Below are positions 31,832 through 41,637 of a stretch of 64,000 bases of DNA, piece by piece. The stretch's first letter is position 1. Each line of letters starts with the position of its first letter. Origin of the DNA: an uncultured Clostridia bacterium (GTDB taxonomy: Bacteria; Bacillota; Clostridia; Christensenellales; CAG-917); assembly GCA_944349635.1 (NCBI GenBank), contig CALVNH010000001.1:212385-276384 (forward strand). Direction: 5' to 3'. Both the position numbers and the translations under genes were made by a program. A model generated the notes under the pieces. That model did not search any database. It worked only from the letters and a program-made list of their open reading frames with translations, and was not told the origin of the DNA.

Positions 31832-32950
31832 ATGCCGCACGTAAACGTAATCATCGCCGCAGGAGGCAGCAGCCTCCGTTACGGCAAGGAAAACAAACTT
31901 CTCGAACCCTGTCGCTCCACCTGCGTTCTTGTGGAAGCAATCAAGCCTTTTCTTTCTTTCGGAGAGGTAAAACGCGTCATCGTCGCGGTGGACTCCGACT
32001 CCGCCGACGAATTTCTGGACAAGCTGGAAGCCGCACACCTCGACGAGGACACGCGCGTCATTCTGACCCGCGGAGGGAAATCCCGCACCTCCACCGTCAA
32101 GTTCGGTCTTGCCGCTCTCGACGACGAGTGCGACGTCGTGCTCGTTCACGACGGCGCGCGTCCGTATGCCTCCGCTTCTTTGATATCGGCAGTCATCGAC
32201 GGCGCGGTGTCGCACGGAGCCTGTGTGCCCGTGCTTCCTCTCACCGACAATATACTGCGCACCGAAGGCGACGAGGTTTTTGCCGCCGACAGAACGCCGT
32301 TTCGCAGAGTTCAGACTCCCGCGGGATTCGAACGCAAACGCCTGCAGGAAGCCTACGACGCCTGCACCCGCGACTATCTCGACGACATCTCCGTCGTGGA
32401 AGCGCATCGCCACGGCAAAATCAAGCTTGTCGACGGCGAACGCTCCAACGTCAAAATCACCGTGAAAGAGGATTTGAAGACATCTCTCGTCGGCTGCGGT
32501 TACGACATTCACCGACTGAAAGACGGCGACGGAATCAGACTTCTCGGCGAAAAAATCCCCTGTCCGTACTCTTTCGTCGCCCATTCCGACGGCGACGTCG
32601 CAATCCACGCGCTCATGGACGCAGTGCTGTCCGCCCTCGGCAAAAAGGACATCGGACATCTCTACCCCGTCGACGACCCGAAATACGACGGAGCCGACAG
32701 CGTCGAACTGCTCGACGGCGTGCTGAACATCATGCGTTCCGAACACCGTTCGGTTGCGAACTGTTCCGTCGCGATAATCGCGGAAAAACCCGTGCTTGCG
32801 CCGTATATCGACAGAATGCGCACCCGCATGAGCCGGATTCTCGACGTGCCCGCGCAAAACGTGGGCATCACCGCCACCACCAACGAGAGCGTCGGCGACA
32901 TCGGCGAGGGCAACGCAATTGCCGCTTACGTCACCGTTTTGCTGGTATAA
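31832..32950 (+). CDS. ispDF: Bifunctional 2-C-methyl-D-erythritol 4-phosphate cytidylyltransferase / MEcPP synthase (IspD-IspF fusion)
   Basis: The N-terminal half is IIAAGGSSLRYG (IspD). The C-terminal half is GCGYDIHRL...AHSDGDVAIHAL...ATTNE (IspF). Confidence 0.85.
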   Translation: MPHVNVIIAAGGSSLRYGKENKLLEPCRSTCVLVEAIKPFLSFGEVKRVIVAVDSDSADEFLDKLEAAHLDEDTRVILTRGGKSRTSTVKFGLAALDDECDVVLVHDGARPYASASLISAVIDGAVSHGACVPVLPLTDNILRTEGDEVFAADRTPFRRVQTPAGFERKRLQEAYDACTRDYLDDISVVEAHRHGKIKLVDGERSNVKITVKEDLKTSLVGCGYDIHRLKDGDGIRLLGEKIPCPYSFVAHSDGDVAIHALMDAVLSALGKKDIGHLYPVDDPKYDGADSVELLDGVLNIMRSEHRSVANCSVAIIAEKPVLAPYIDRMRTRMSRILDVPAQNVGITATTNESVGDIGEGNAIAAYVTVLLV

Positions 32951-32974
32951 ACCGCAGCGGTACCCCAAAATCGC

Positions 32975-33008
32975 AAAAAAGCGTCCGAATTTCGGACGCT
33001 TTCCGTTA
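32975..33008. terminator. Bidirectional terminator between convergent ispDF and the 240 aa membrane-protein gene
   Basis: A6, then GCGTCCGA-ATT-TCGGACGC, then TTTCCGTT. Confidence 0.6.
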
Positions 33009-33016
33009 TATTACGT

Positions 33017-33739
33017 TCACATCGACGGCGGTCTCTCCGTAAACGCAATCGCGTTGTCGAAAAACAACAATCTGCAATCTTCCACATACACGTCGCTGTC
33101 CACGAGATAATAAGCCATGAATATCACGCCGGATTTCGGATAAAGACTGACTCTGTCGAAATCTATCGTTTTGGTGTCCGTAAAAACACAGCTTTTGGGT
33201 CTTATTTCTTTGCCGTCGGCGGTTTCCAGACGCAAGATGTCGGAATCCACCGTCTTGGATTTGGTGCTGTCGCTCATTACCGCACCGTACACGCGTATTA
33301 TTGTTTTGGAACTGTATTTTTCCCCCGACTCCGTCAGATAACTGTCTGCATACTCCGCGCTTGTGACTTGCAGACTCAAATCGTTGCTAACACACATTTC
33401 GTTGAGATAACAGTTGGTTTCCGCCCTCTGCTTGTTGCCGGCGAAATACGGAGAAAAAATCGCAACGACTATTGCGGCAAACACCAGTGCCAGCGGAATG
33501 GCGACGTAAGGTTTTTTCAGATATTTGAAAATTTTTTCTATTGTTTCTTCTTTCTTTGTCTTGACCTTTGCGCTCCCCTGCGACTCGCTCGGACAATCGG
33601 TATGATTCACTCTTTCTCCGCTCTCGGATTCCGCCTCGGTCGGCGTGGAAACGACATCGGATTCCGATGCGCTCACTTCGGATTTGTTTTCCGTGTTTTC
33701 TCCTTTTATCTCTCCGTTTTCGTCAAAAATTTCATTCAT
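33017..33739 (-). CDS. Hypothetical single-pass membrane protein (acidic N-terminus, one TM, extracytoplasmic beta-rich domain)
   Basis: GGAGGA lies upstream. The TM helix is VAIPLALVFAAIVVAIF. No motif was recognised. Confidence 0.5.
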   Translation of the reverse strand: MNEIFDENGEIKGENTENKSEVSASESDVVSTPTEAESESGERVNHTDCPSESQGSAKVKTKKEETIEKIFKYLKKPYVAIPLALVFAAIVVAIFSPYFAGNKQRAETNCYLNEMCVSNDLSLQVTSAEYADSYLTESGEKYSSKTIIRVYGAVMSDSTKSKTVDSDILRLETADGKEIRPKSCVFTDTKTIDFDRVSLYPKSGVIFMAYYLVDSDVYVEDCRLLFFDNAIAFTERPPSM

Positions 33740-33767
33740 AAGTATGAATCCTCCTCGATTTAACTTT

Positions 33768-33786
33768 ATACGAGAATTTCTCGTAT
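33768..33786. promoter_or_regulatory. Perfect 8 bp inverted repeat, candidate operator of the adjacent XRE regulator
   Basis: ATACGAGA-ATT-TCTCGTAT, in the 85 bp divergent intergenic region. Confidence 0.35.
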
Positions 33787-33824
33787 GTCAAATATTTTAC
33801 GAATTTTTTTCGTAAACTGTAAAT

Positions 33825-34040
33825 GTGACGAATGCAACCAAAATAGCTTCGAGATTGAAAGAAATCAGAACGGACAATCATTTGTCGCAAAAAGAGTTCG
33901 GGGCCCTGCTTTCCGTATCGCAGGACACGGTATCCCTTTGGGAAACGGGCAAAAGCATTCCCACGGTGGAATTTCTCATTGCCATATCCAAGCGCTTCGG
34001 CGTCTCTGTGGACTACATTCTCTGTCTGAAAGATTTTTGA
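33825..34040 (+). CDS. XRE-family helix-turn-helix transcriptional regulator
   Basis: LKEIRTDNHLSQKEFGALLSVSQDTVSLWETGKSIPTVEFLIAISKRFGVSVDYIL. It uses a GTG start without a clear SD. Confidence 0.75.
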   Translation: MTNATKIASRLKEIRTDNHLSQKEFGALLSVSQDTVSLWETGKSIPTVEFLIAISKRFGVSVDYILCLKDF

Positions 34041-34127
34041 GAGCGGCAGCCGCTGCGTCGGCATACCTCACGCCTCCGCATTCTTATGTATAGGCAACGT
34101 CTTGCTCAACCGTCGAAAACGGATTAA

Positions 34128-34162
34128 CAAAAAAACCGATGCGCCTGCATCGGTTTTGTTTT
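34128..34162. terminator. Bidirectional-looking terminator downstream of the XRE gene
   Basis: A8, then ACCGATGC-GCCT-GCATCGGT, then TTTTGTTTT. Confidence 0.6.
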
Positions 34163-34220
34163 GCGTTAAGTCACGGCATTGCCGTACCAGTACTGTACGA
34201 AGCCGCAATTTCAATGAGTC

Positions 34221-34278
34221 GGAAAAACTGAAAAACCGTGAACAGCGTGCACTGTCGTGCATAACCGTTCACGGTTTT
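34221..34278 (-). terminator. Terminator after rpsI
   Basis: A 12 bp outer stem AAAACCGTGAAC/GTTCACGGTTTT is followed on the minus strand by TTTTTCAGTTTTT. Confidence 0.5.
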
Positions 34279-34315
34279 GTGTTGACGATATATCACGCCA
34301 AACAGCGCGAAATTG

Positions 34316-34732
34316 TTAACGCTTGCTGAACTGAGGAGCCTTACGTGCCTTGTGCAGACCGTATTTCTTACGCTCTTTCTGTCTGGGGTCGCGCTTGAGG
34401 TAGCCGGCCTTTTTGAGGATTGCGCGGTAGGCTTCGCTGTCGCACACGCAGAGCGCTCTGGCAATGCCGTGACGAATTGCGCCCGCCTGACCGGTCATGC
34501 CGCCGCCGTAGACGTTGACGATGACGTCGAACTTGTCGGTCGCGGAAACGGCTTCGAGAGGCTGGTTGACGATGAGACGCATGGTATCGAGGGGGAAGTA
34601 ATCCTCGAATGCGCGCTTGTTGATGGTGATGTTGCCTTCACCGGGGATAAGACGGACTCTTGCGACGGCAGTCTTTCTTCTGCCGGTGCCGAGATACTGA
34701 ACTTTTTTCTTAACGGTTTTTTTCGTAGCCAT
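34316..34732 (-). CDS. rpsI: 30S ribosomal protein S9
   Basis: [16 protein letters not shown]...[19 protein letters not shown]...[18 protein letters not shown]. Confidence 0.95.
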   Translation of the reverse strand: MATKKTVKKKVQYLGTGRRKTAVARVRLIPGEGNITINKRAFEDYFPLDTMRLIVNQPLEAVSATDKFDVIVNVYGGGMTGQAGAIRHGIARALCVCDSEAYRAILKKAGYLKRDPRQKERKKYGLHKARKAPQFSKR

Positions 34733-34745
34733 GATTCAACCTCAC

Positions 34746-35210
34746 CTATTTAAGCTCGAGAGCGACGGGGCACTGAGCCTGATGATTGTGCTCGCTTCCG
34801 ACGTAAACGCGGAGCTTTTTGAGCATCTGTTTGCCGAGGGTGTTCTTGGGAAGCATACCCTTCACCGCTTTGTAAACGGCGAATTCGGGTTTTTCGCTCA
34901 TAAGTTTCTTGTACTGGACCTCTTTCAGACCGCCGATGAAACCGGTGTGATAGCGGTAGTATTTCTGTTCGAGCTTCTTGCCGGTGAGAACCACCTTTTC
35001 GCAGTTGATTATGATGACATGGTCGCCGCAGTCGACGTGGGGGGTATACTCGGGCTTGTTCTTTCCTTTGAGAATAGCCGCGACCTGAGAAGCCAGACGT
35101 CCGAGCACCATATCGGTGGCGTCGACGACGTACCACTTGCTTTCCACTTCGCCGGGTTTTGCCATGTAAGACTTGTTGTTGTTTGCCATTGCGGACAAAT
35201 CCTTAGCCAT
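34746..35210 (-). CDS. rplM: 50S ribosomal protein L13
   Basis: [44 protein letters not shown] lies 6 nt upstream of the ATG at 35210. Confidence 0.95.
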   Translation of the reverse strand: MAKDLSAMANNNKSYMAKPGEVESKWYVVDATDMVLGRLASQVAAILKGKNKPEYTPHVDCGDHVIIINCEKVVLTGKKLEQKYYRYHTGFIGGLKEVQYKKLMSEKPEFAVYKAVKGMLPKNTLGKQMLKKLRVYVGSEHNHQAQCPVALELK

Positions 35211-35309
35211 TACAGACCTCCAAAATGAATGTTTTACTTTTGCTTTATATCGACTGCAAGGCGAGGGGCTAGTTCGCGGTGCAACAATTTTCTCAAAAGA
35301 TGCTTGATA

Positions 35310-35338
35310 ATAATATTAAATAATGCCGAATCTGTCAA
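35310..35338 (-). promoter_or_regulatory. SigA-type promoter of rplM-rpsI (followed by a leader of about 95 nt, possibly an L13 leader)
   Basis: Minus strand reads TTGACA, a 17 nt spacer, then TATTAT. Confidence 0.6.
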
Positions 35339-35410
35339 GCGAATTTTTCCACATTTTCCGAACACGTCGCCACAATTTTTTGTGAAAGCTTCCGATAAAA
35401 CCCCGTTACA

Positions 35411-35441
35411 TAACGGAAAACGGCGGCAAAACCGCCGCCGT
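35411..35441 (-). terminator. Terminator after the GH31 gene
   Basis: Minus strand has ACGGCGGC, a 6 nt loop, GCCGCCGT, then TTTCCGTT. Confidence 0.6.
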
Positions 35442-35466
35442 AAACTCCTTCGAATACATCTGTCCG

Positions 35467-37614
35467 TCAGGTTTCCGCAAACCAGGCGGCAATCTTCGGC
35501 GCGTTTTCGTCCGTCTCCGCAGACGCTTCGCCGACGCTTGCAACGGGGCTTTCCGTTGCCGTGATTTCCGTGTCGCAACACTTTACGGTGACGCTGTCGG
35601 CATCCTTACCGATAGCGTTTTTCGCAACGATTTCGGGCGATTTCAAATCGCAGAAACGCACCTTTATCGTCTTTGTAACGCAGTCTGAGCTCGGTTTTAT
35701 GCTGAAAACGACTCTTTCACCTTCCGTTCGGACGGCAAATTCCACGCTTCCCTTTTCGTCAAGCAAAATGTATTTTCCGTCTCCTTTGAACACCAGCACT
35801 TCCAGTTCGTCGAACTGTGTGGAATTGCCCTCTCTTCCGGCAAGCAGAGGAATTATCGTTCCCGCTTTTGCGTACACGGGCATTGTGTCGGGAATGCTTC
35901 TTTCGATGAAAAGTTTTTCACCGACGTGCTTTTCTCCCGTGAAAATGTTTGTCCATTCGCCCTCGGGCAGCCATACTTTCGTCTCCGCAAGTCCGCTTTT
36001 CTTGGCGGGCGTTATGACCGGCGCGGCAACGAGGTTGCCGAACATATACTCGTCGCGGGCGGAATAGGCAAGCACGGTGTCGTAATCGTAATACATCGGT
36101 CTGCAAAGCGGCACGCCGTGCTCCGCCGTCATTCTGTTTGCGGTATACAGATAAGGCAACAGTCTGTGTCTCAGGCGCAGATATTTTTCCGCAAGAGCCT
36201 CGGTCTCTTCCCCGTACAGCCACGGTTCTTTGGAATAGTAGTCCTTTTTGGTGGAATGCAGTCTGTTGACGGGGGAGAACACTCCGAATTGCAGCCAACG
36301 CAAATACAGTTCGCGGTTGCCCTTCCCGAACATATGACCGCCGATGTCGTGCGACCACCAGGTGTAGCCGACGTTTGCCGCCGTTGCCGTAAACCACGGT
36401 TGCAGTTGCAGACTCTTCCAGCAGACAAACGTATCTCCGGAAAATCCGAGAGGATATCTGTGCGAACCAATCCCCGCATATCTGGAAAGAATGAGCGGAG
36501 TCCTTCCGCTCCTGCCCGCGTCGAGGAAGTGATAGTGATTGAGCATCCAAAGCGGGTCAACGTTTTTCATTTTGGATTTAGTGCCCTGTTGCCAGTCAAT
36601 CCACCAGAAATCGACGCCCGCATCCTCGTAAGGATGATGCAGTATGTCGAAATAACTTTCCAGAAACTTCCTGTCCGTCAAATCGAATTCCACGGTGCGA
36701 CGGGTGGCGGGGTCTATGCCGTTTGCCCTCGCCATGTCCGCATACTGCTCCTCGAAATACCGGACGCCGTCGCGGGGATGGAGATTGAGCGTTATCGCCA
36801 GCCCGCGTTTTTTGAGTTCGGCAAAAAACGCCTTGTAATCGGGGAAGAGAGATTTTTCGAAAGTGTATCCCGTCCAGCCTGCACCCTGAAAAGGGTTTGC
36901 CGACTTGCAGTCCTTCGGCACGTTGTCCACTATGTGCCAGTCCATATCCACGGTGGCAACCGTCAGCGGGACGCGCTTTGCCGCAAATTCGTCCATGAGG
37001 TTGAGATACTCTTCCGCAGTATAAGCGTGGTAGCGCGACCACCAGTTGCCGAGAGCGTATTTCGGAAGCACGGGAGGATATCCCGTGAGAGAGAAAAACT
37101 CGCGGAGTCCGCCCGCGAAATCCCTACCGAAGGCAAAAACGTAAATGTCCTTGGAGCCCTTCTCGCGCAGACGGAGCGAACCGTCTTCTTCGAGCAGACA
37201 GGTTTTGGAATCGTCGTATACGGCGACGCCGTTTGACGACATTATCCCCTGCCCGATTTTGACTCTGCCCGCCGTGGCGTCCAACGTTCTCGCCGTACCT
37301 CCTAGGTTTTTGCGGGCGTCGGGTACAACACGCTTTCCGTCGATGACGCAAGCCGTCGCAAGCGTCTTTTTGTCCACGACGAACTCTGTCGAATTTGTAA
37401 TGACAGACACTTTATCGCCGTTTTCTGTCACATTAAAGTGCGGTTTTGCAAAATTTCTGCAAAATATCGCCTGGCTGGGTTCGTCGACGAATCTGCCGCC
37501 CGCGCACTTCTCCACGCGCAGAATTCTTTCCGAAAGAACGCAAAAGCGGAGGTCGTCCGTCACGTAGACGCATTCCTCCGCGGTCTTCGGGCAAACTATG
37601 CCGAATCTTGACAT
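35467..37614 (-). CDS. Glycoside hydrolase family 31-like protein (alpha-glucosidase/alpha-xylosidase type)
   Basis: 715 aa with a TIM-barrel region containing GVDFWWIDWQQG and HDIGGH-type segments, recalled from GH31 subfamilies. AAGGAG RBS. Confidence 0.65.
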   Translation of the reverse strand: MSRFGIVCPKTAEECVYVTDDLRFCVLSERILRVEKCAGGRFVDEPSQAIFCRNFAKPHFNVTENGDKVSVITNSTEFVVDKKTLATACVIDGKRVVPDARKNLGGTARTLDATAGRVKIGQGIMSSNGVAVYDDSKTCLLEEDGSLRLREKGSKDIYVFAFGRDFAGGLREFFSLTGYPPVLPKYALGNWWSRYHAYTAEEYLNLMDEFAAKRVPLTVATVDMDWHIVDNVPKDCKSANPFQGAGWTGYTFEKSLFPDYKAFFAELKKRGLAITLNLHPRDGVRYFEEQYADMARANGIDPATRRTVEFDLTDRKFLESYFDILHHPYEDAGVDFWWIDWQQGTKSKMKNVDPLWMLNHYHFLDAGRSGRTPLILSRYAGIGSHRYPLGFSGDTFVCWKSLQLQPWFTATAANVGYTWWSHDIGGHMFGKGNRELYLRWLQFGVFSPVNRLHSTKKDYYSKEPWLYGEETEALAEKYLRLRHRLLPYLYTANRMTAEHGVPLCRPMYYDYDTVLAYSARDEYMFGNLVAAPVITPAKKSGLAETKVWLPEGEWTNIFTGEKHVGEKLFIERSIPDTMPVYAKAGTIIPLLAGREGNSTQFDELEVLVFKGDGKYILLDEKGSVEFAVRTEGERVVFSIKPSSDCVTKTIKVRFCDLKSPEIVAKNAIGKDADSVTVKCCDTEITATESPVASVGEASAETDENAPKIAAWFAET

Positions 37615-37665
37615 TTCAATCTCCTTACGAAGTCCGCAAAAAACTGCGGATTTCCGTTTGAATTG

Positions 37666-38238
37666 CTACTTTTCTTCGGGTTTGAGCACCACGGCGAGGA
37701 ACACGCATTCCTCTCCTCCCACGGCTATCATTCCGTGAGGTTGTCCGCTGTCGTAATAGACGGTGTCACCCGCTTCAAGCACGTCGACGTTGCCGCCGAT
37801 ATTCACCATCAGTTTTCCCGAAAGGATATAATCCATTTCCTGTCCCTTGTGGGAAGACAGTTGAATGGGCTTGTTTTCGGAACCTTTGATATAGGGCGCG
37901 GTGACGTAGAAGGGCTCCGCGGTTCTTCCGCGGAAGTTCTGCGCAAGGTGCTGATAGCTGAAAGAATGACGTCTTTCGGTGAGCACGCCCTGCCCCGCGC
38001 GGACAATGCTGTATGAGCTTAGAGTCGGGGTGTGTCCCGTGAGCAACGCGGTAACGTCCACGCCGAATCTTCCCGCGCAGTTGTAAAGCATGGTGACGGA
38101 GAAATCTTTTTTGCCCGCCTCGTATTCGAGGTAGGTTTTTTCGTCCATACCGGCAACCTCCGCCATTTCCGCAGAGGAAATTTCCATCATTTCGCGCAAA
38201 CCTTTGAGTCTTTCTGCAATCTCGGTAGTTGTTGACAT
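37666..38238 (-). CDS. XRE-family HTH plus cupin domain transcriptional regulator
   Basis: The N-terminal HTH is ERLKGLREMMEISSAEMAEVAGMDEKTYLEYEAG. The C-terminal cupin is GQEMDYILSGKL...GDTVYYDSGQPHG. The start is at an internal ATG with GGAGAA upstream. Confidence 0.75.
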   Translation of the reverse strand: MSTTTEIAERLKGLREMMEISSAEMAEVAGMDEKTYLEYEAGKKDFSVTMLYNCAGRFGVDVTALLTGHTPTLSSYSIVRAGQGVLTERRHSFSYQHLAQNFRGRTAEPFYVTAPYIKGSENKPIQLSSHKGQEMDYILSGKLMVNIGGNVDVLEAGDTVYYDSGQPHGMIAVGGEECVFLAVVLKPEEK

Positions 38239-38537
38239 AACGTTCTCCGACGGTACGCCCCGACGGGCGAACCGAATAAATTTTCTTCCTGCATATTTTA
38301 CCAAAACCGCGCCGTTTAGTCAACATCAATCGCATCACATTCGGTCTGCATAAACGTAAACCTCCTCGTCAAAACCGAAAATTCGGCAAATCGTTTGATT
38401 TACGGGCGATAAAGATTTAATATAACTGTATCGGAAAACGGCGGACGGCAACCGCATGTCGACACTTCGACCGTTTTTCGGACTTTTCAAATCGAGGTCA
38501 TGCCCGCAATCCCGGGGGCAACCGCCACGGAGGATAT

Positions 38538-39728
38538 ATGTTCAATCAGGAAATGTACAAGCTCGGCAGTCACCGCTCCGTCATCAGAGAACTTTTCGAG
38601 TTCGGCAAAAAGCGCATGGCGGAAGTCGGTGCGGACAAAGTCTACGACTTCTCTCTCGGCAATCCCAACGTGCCCGCACCCGAATGCGTGCGCGCTGCAA
38701 TCAAAGAGCTTGCCGACCTGCCCGACAGCACGATAATTCACGGCTACACTTCCGCGCAAGGTGACGCGGGCGTGCGCAAAGCCATTGCCGACAGCATCAA
38801 CGCGAGATTCGGCGCAGGCGTTTCTCCCGACGCCGTCTATATGACCTGCGGAGCCGCGGCATCGCTCACAATCACTCTCAACGCTCTGTGCGAAGACGGC
38901 GACGAGTTCGTGCTGATTGCTCCTTACTTCCCCGAATACAAGGTGTTTGTCACTGCGGCGGGCGGAAAACCCGTGGTGGCGGCGTTCGACGAAAAGGATT
39001 TCCAACCCGACTTCGCTTCCCTCGCGAAAGCGCTCTCGCCCCGCACGAAAGCCGTCATCGTGAACTCTCCCAACAACCCCTCGGGTGCGGTGTACACAAA
39101 GGACACCGTAAAGAAACTGTGCGACATGCTCCGCGACGCTTCCGCAAAATTCGGCAAACCGATTTTCCTCATCGCGGACGAACCCTACCGCGAACTCGTC
39201 TATGACGACATAGAGGTCCCCTACCTCATGAACGAATACGCCGACACCGTCGTGTGTTACAGTTACTCCAAATCTCTCTCCCTGCCAGGCGAACGCATAG
39301 GATACATCGCGCTCTCTCCCTCCCTAACGGAAGGCGCTTCAATCTACGCCGCCGTATGCGGCGCGGGAAGAGCTCTCGGATACGTTTGCGCTCCCAACCT
39401 CTTCCAGAGAGTGGCGGCGAAATGCGTGAACGCTCTGCCCGACATCTCGGCATACCGCAAGAACCGCGATTTGATTTACGGTGCGCTCACGGAAATGGGC
39501 TATGACTGCGTGCACCCCGACGGAGCCTTCTATCTCTTCGTCCGCGCCCTCGAACCAGACGCAAACGCGTTTGCCGAACGTGCCAAAGCTCTCGGTTTGT
39601 TGCTTGTTCCGGGCGACGATTTCGGAGCGCCGGGCTATGTGCGCATATCGTACTGCGTGAGCTACGACATGATAAAACGCTCTCTCCCCGCGTTCAAGGA
39701 ACTCATTGCTTCTTACCGCGCCGACTGA
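38538..39728 (+). CDS. Pyridoxal-phosphate-dependent aminotransferase, class I (aspartate aminotransferase-like)
   Basis: NPNVPAP, VNSPNNPSGAVY, YSYSKSLSLPGERIGY (PLP-lysine motif SKS). Confidence 0.85.
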   Translation: MFNQEMYKLGSHRSVIRELFEFGKKRMAEVGADKVYDFSLGNPNVPAPECVRAAIKELADLPDSTIIHGYTSAQGDAGVRKAIADSINARFGAGVSPDAVYMTCGAAASLTITLNALCEDGDEFVLIAPYFPEYKVFVTAAGGKPVVAAFDEKDFQPDFASLAKALSPRTKAVIVNSPNNPSGAVYTKDTVKKLCDMLRDASAKFGKPIFLIADEPYRELVYDDIEVPYLMNEYADTVVCYSYSKSLSLPGERIGYIALSPSLTEGASIYAAVCGAGRALGYVCAPNLFQRVAAKCVNALPDISAYRKNRDLIYGALTEMGYDCVHPDGAFYLFVRALEPDANAFAERAKALGLLLVPGDDFGAPGYVRISYCVSYDMIKRSLPAFKELIASYRAD

Positions 39729-39744
39729 ACGTACGCCGCGAAAT

Positions 39745-39780
39745 AAAAAACCGTCCCTTTCGGGGCGGTTTTTGTTTTTC
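39745..39780 (+). terminator. Rho-independent terminator after the aminotransferase gene
   Basis: AACCGTCCC-TTTC-GGGGCGGTT followed by TTTTGTTTTT. Confidence 0.75.
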
Positions 39781-39954
39781 GGCCGAACGTGTGCGCGAAG
39801 TTCAACGGCATTGCAACGTGCGCTCCGATAAAGCCCGTACGGAAGCGGACGTTCCGACGCCGTCGTCGGCACGGTCGTTGCGTGCCGACGACGCAAACCG
39901 GGTGTTTCATTCGCGAAAGCGCAATCTGTCTCTCCGACGCGGAAAAACAGAGCG

Positions 39955-40950
39955 TCAAGCCGACATTTCCGTTCCCGCGTTTTCCGCACTCCCGCGCGGA
40001 TACGTTTCCCTTGCGTAAACGGGCAAATCAGGCACGTCGTCCAGAGACGGGAAGAAGGCGTTTTTCCTTTTTGCGTAAAACGCGGGAACCGCCTCGCTGA
40101 GCAACACAGCCGCAAAGATGACGACAAAACCCACCCACGTTTGCGCGCCCGGTCTCTCGTGATAGAACATGAGGGAAAATGCCACGCCGAACACGGCTTC
40201 GAGACTCAGAATCAACGCCGCGGAAGCCGCCGACGTGCGTTTTATGCCGACGTTCATCATGACGAAGCACAGGCACGTTGCGACCACCGTCACGTAGCTC
40301 AAAGAGAACACCCCGTAGGAAGAAACCGACGTCGGAAACTTTTCCGTGCAGAGAAAAAGAAGGAAACATACCGCGAATGCCACGCCGAACTGCACGACGG
40401 TGTAAAGCATGACGTCCAGTTTTTTGCCCTGCACCCCCACCGCCACGATTTGCAGGGCGAAGAATACGCCGCACAGCAAAGTCATTCCCTCGCCCATAGA
40501 CGTGAATTTCATTCCGCCGCCGTCAAGACAGACGAGTCCGATGCCCGCGACACAGACGACCGCCGCCGCCATGTTGAAGACGGAAGGCTTTCTGCGGGTT
40601 ACCCCCCAGAACATAAACGGTACCAAGACGCAATAGACCGTGGTGAGAAACGCGTTGTTGCCGGGTGTTGTGTGCTGCAAACCCACCGTCTGAAATATGT
40701 ACGCGAGCGCGAGGAACACGCCCGCGAGCGCGCCTTTCCAAAGATATTCCCTGTTGAAAAGTTTCCACTTCTTCCAACAGATAATGCCGAGCAACAGAGC
40801 GGAGAAAAAGAATCTGACCGACAAAAGAAAAAAGGGCGGAATTTCGTCCAGGGCGTTTTTTATTATGAAAAAGGTGCTCCCCCATATCACAGTGCTTAAA
40901 AGGAGCATCGCTTTTGCAATCAAACCGCCTTTGAGAAAATCCGATTTCAC
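39955..40950 (-). CDS. DMT-superfamily (EamA-like) transporter
   Basis: 10-TM pattern with two EamA-like halves. GTG start with AGGAGG 6 nt upstream. Confidence 0.8.
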   Translation of the reverse strand: MKSDFLKGGLIAKAMLLLSTVIWGSTFFIIKNALDEIPPFFLLSVRFFFSALLLGIICWKKWKLFNREYLWKGALAGVFLALAYIFQTVGLQHTTPGNNAFLTTVYCVLVPFMFWGVTRRKPSVFNMAAAVVCVAGIGLVCLDGGGMKFTSMGEGMTLLCGVFFALQIVAVGVQGKKLDVMLYTVVQFGVAFAVCFLLFLCTEKFPTSVSSYGVFSLSYVTVVATCLCFVMMNVGIKRTSAASAALILSLEAVFGVAFSLMFYHERPGAQTWVGFVVIFAAVLLSEAVPAFYAKRKNAFFPSLDDVPDLPVYARETYPRGSAENAGTEMSA

Positions 40951-40974
40951 TTTCCGCCTCCTGCCTTGCCGACG

Positions 40975-41637
40975 TCAACGGAAGCGCACGGTCAACTCGG
41001 ACAGACCGTGCACGTAAACGTCGCACACTTGTTTTGCATTCTCCGCATCGTCGGCGGCACTTTTGTCATAGACCCCCGCAACGAAGAATCCTCCCTTCTT
41101 TGCCCCCTGCATACCGATAAAACTGTCCTCCGCCACGACGCACTCCGAGGGTGACAGCCCCATCTTTTCCGCCGCGTTCAGGTATACGTCGGGAAATCTT
41201 TTGTCCCTGCCCGTCTCCTGCACGGTGCTGACGGCGGCGAAATATCCGTCAATGCCGCAACGCGCAAGACACGGTTCGAACAATCCTCTGTCAAGCGCGG
41301 TGGCTATGCCGATTTTCTTTCCTGCGGCGCGCAGAACTTCCAGCAATTCCGCGGCACCGTCTTTCAAAGTTACGTTGTGCGCATACGCATCCGCAGCAAA
41401 GGATTTCCATCTCTCCACAACGCTCTGCGGAGAAGCTTCGAGTCCGAAAGCGGAGACGGTGTATTCCGCCCCGTCCGACACGCTCAAGTGATTTATCGCG
41501 GGCAAATAGCTTTCGGGTATCTTCTTCCCGAAAGATTCGAGAGTGCGCGCGTAGACTTCTTCCCACAACCCCATTGAGTCGAGAAGCGTCCCGTCCAAAT
41601 CGAATATGAAACCTTTGAAGTTATCCGTCGTTTTCAA
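40975..41637 (-). CDS. HAD-superfamily hydrolase (beta-phosphoglucomutase-like subfamily IA)
   Basis: FIFDLDGTLLDS motif I. The start overlaps the upstream stop (ATGA). Confidence 0.8.
   Translation of the reverse strand: MKTTDNFKGFIFDLDGTLLDSMGLWEEVYARTLESFGKKIPESYLPAINHLSVSDGAEYTVSAFGLEASPQSVVERWKSFAADAYAHNVTLKDGAAELLEVLRAAGKKIGIATALDRGLFEPCLARCGIDGYFAAVSTVQETGRDKRFPDVYLNAAEKMGLSPSECVVAEDSFIGMQGAKKGGFFVAGVYDKSAADDAENAKQVCDVYVHGLSELTVRFR

Noticed and set aside
38305-38537. A possible riboswitch or T-box in the aminotransferase leader of about 100 nt. A candidate TTGATT-17-TAATAT promoter is followed by a 10 bp stem, CGGAAAACGG/CCGTTTTTCG, and a T-run.
   Set aside because: It is too short for a T-box, I recognise no specifier or T-box motif, and the stem relies on a G-U pair. 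I cannot support more than a possible attenuator hairpin.
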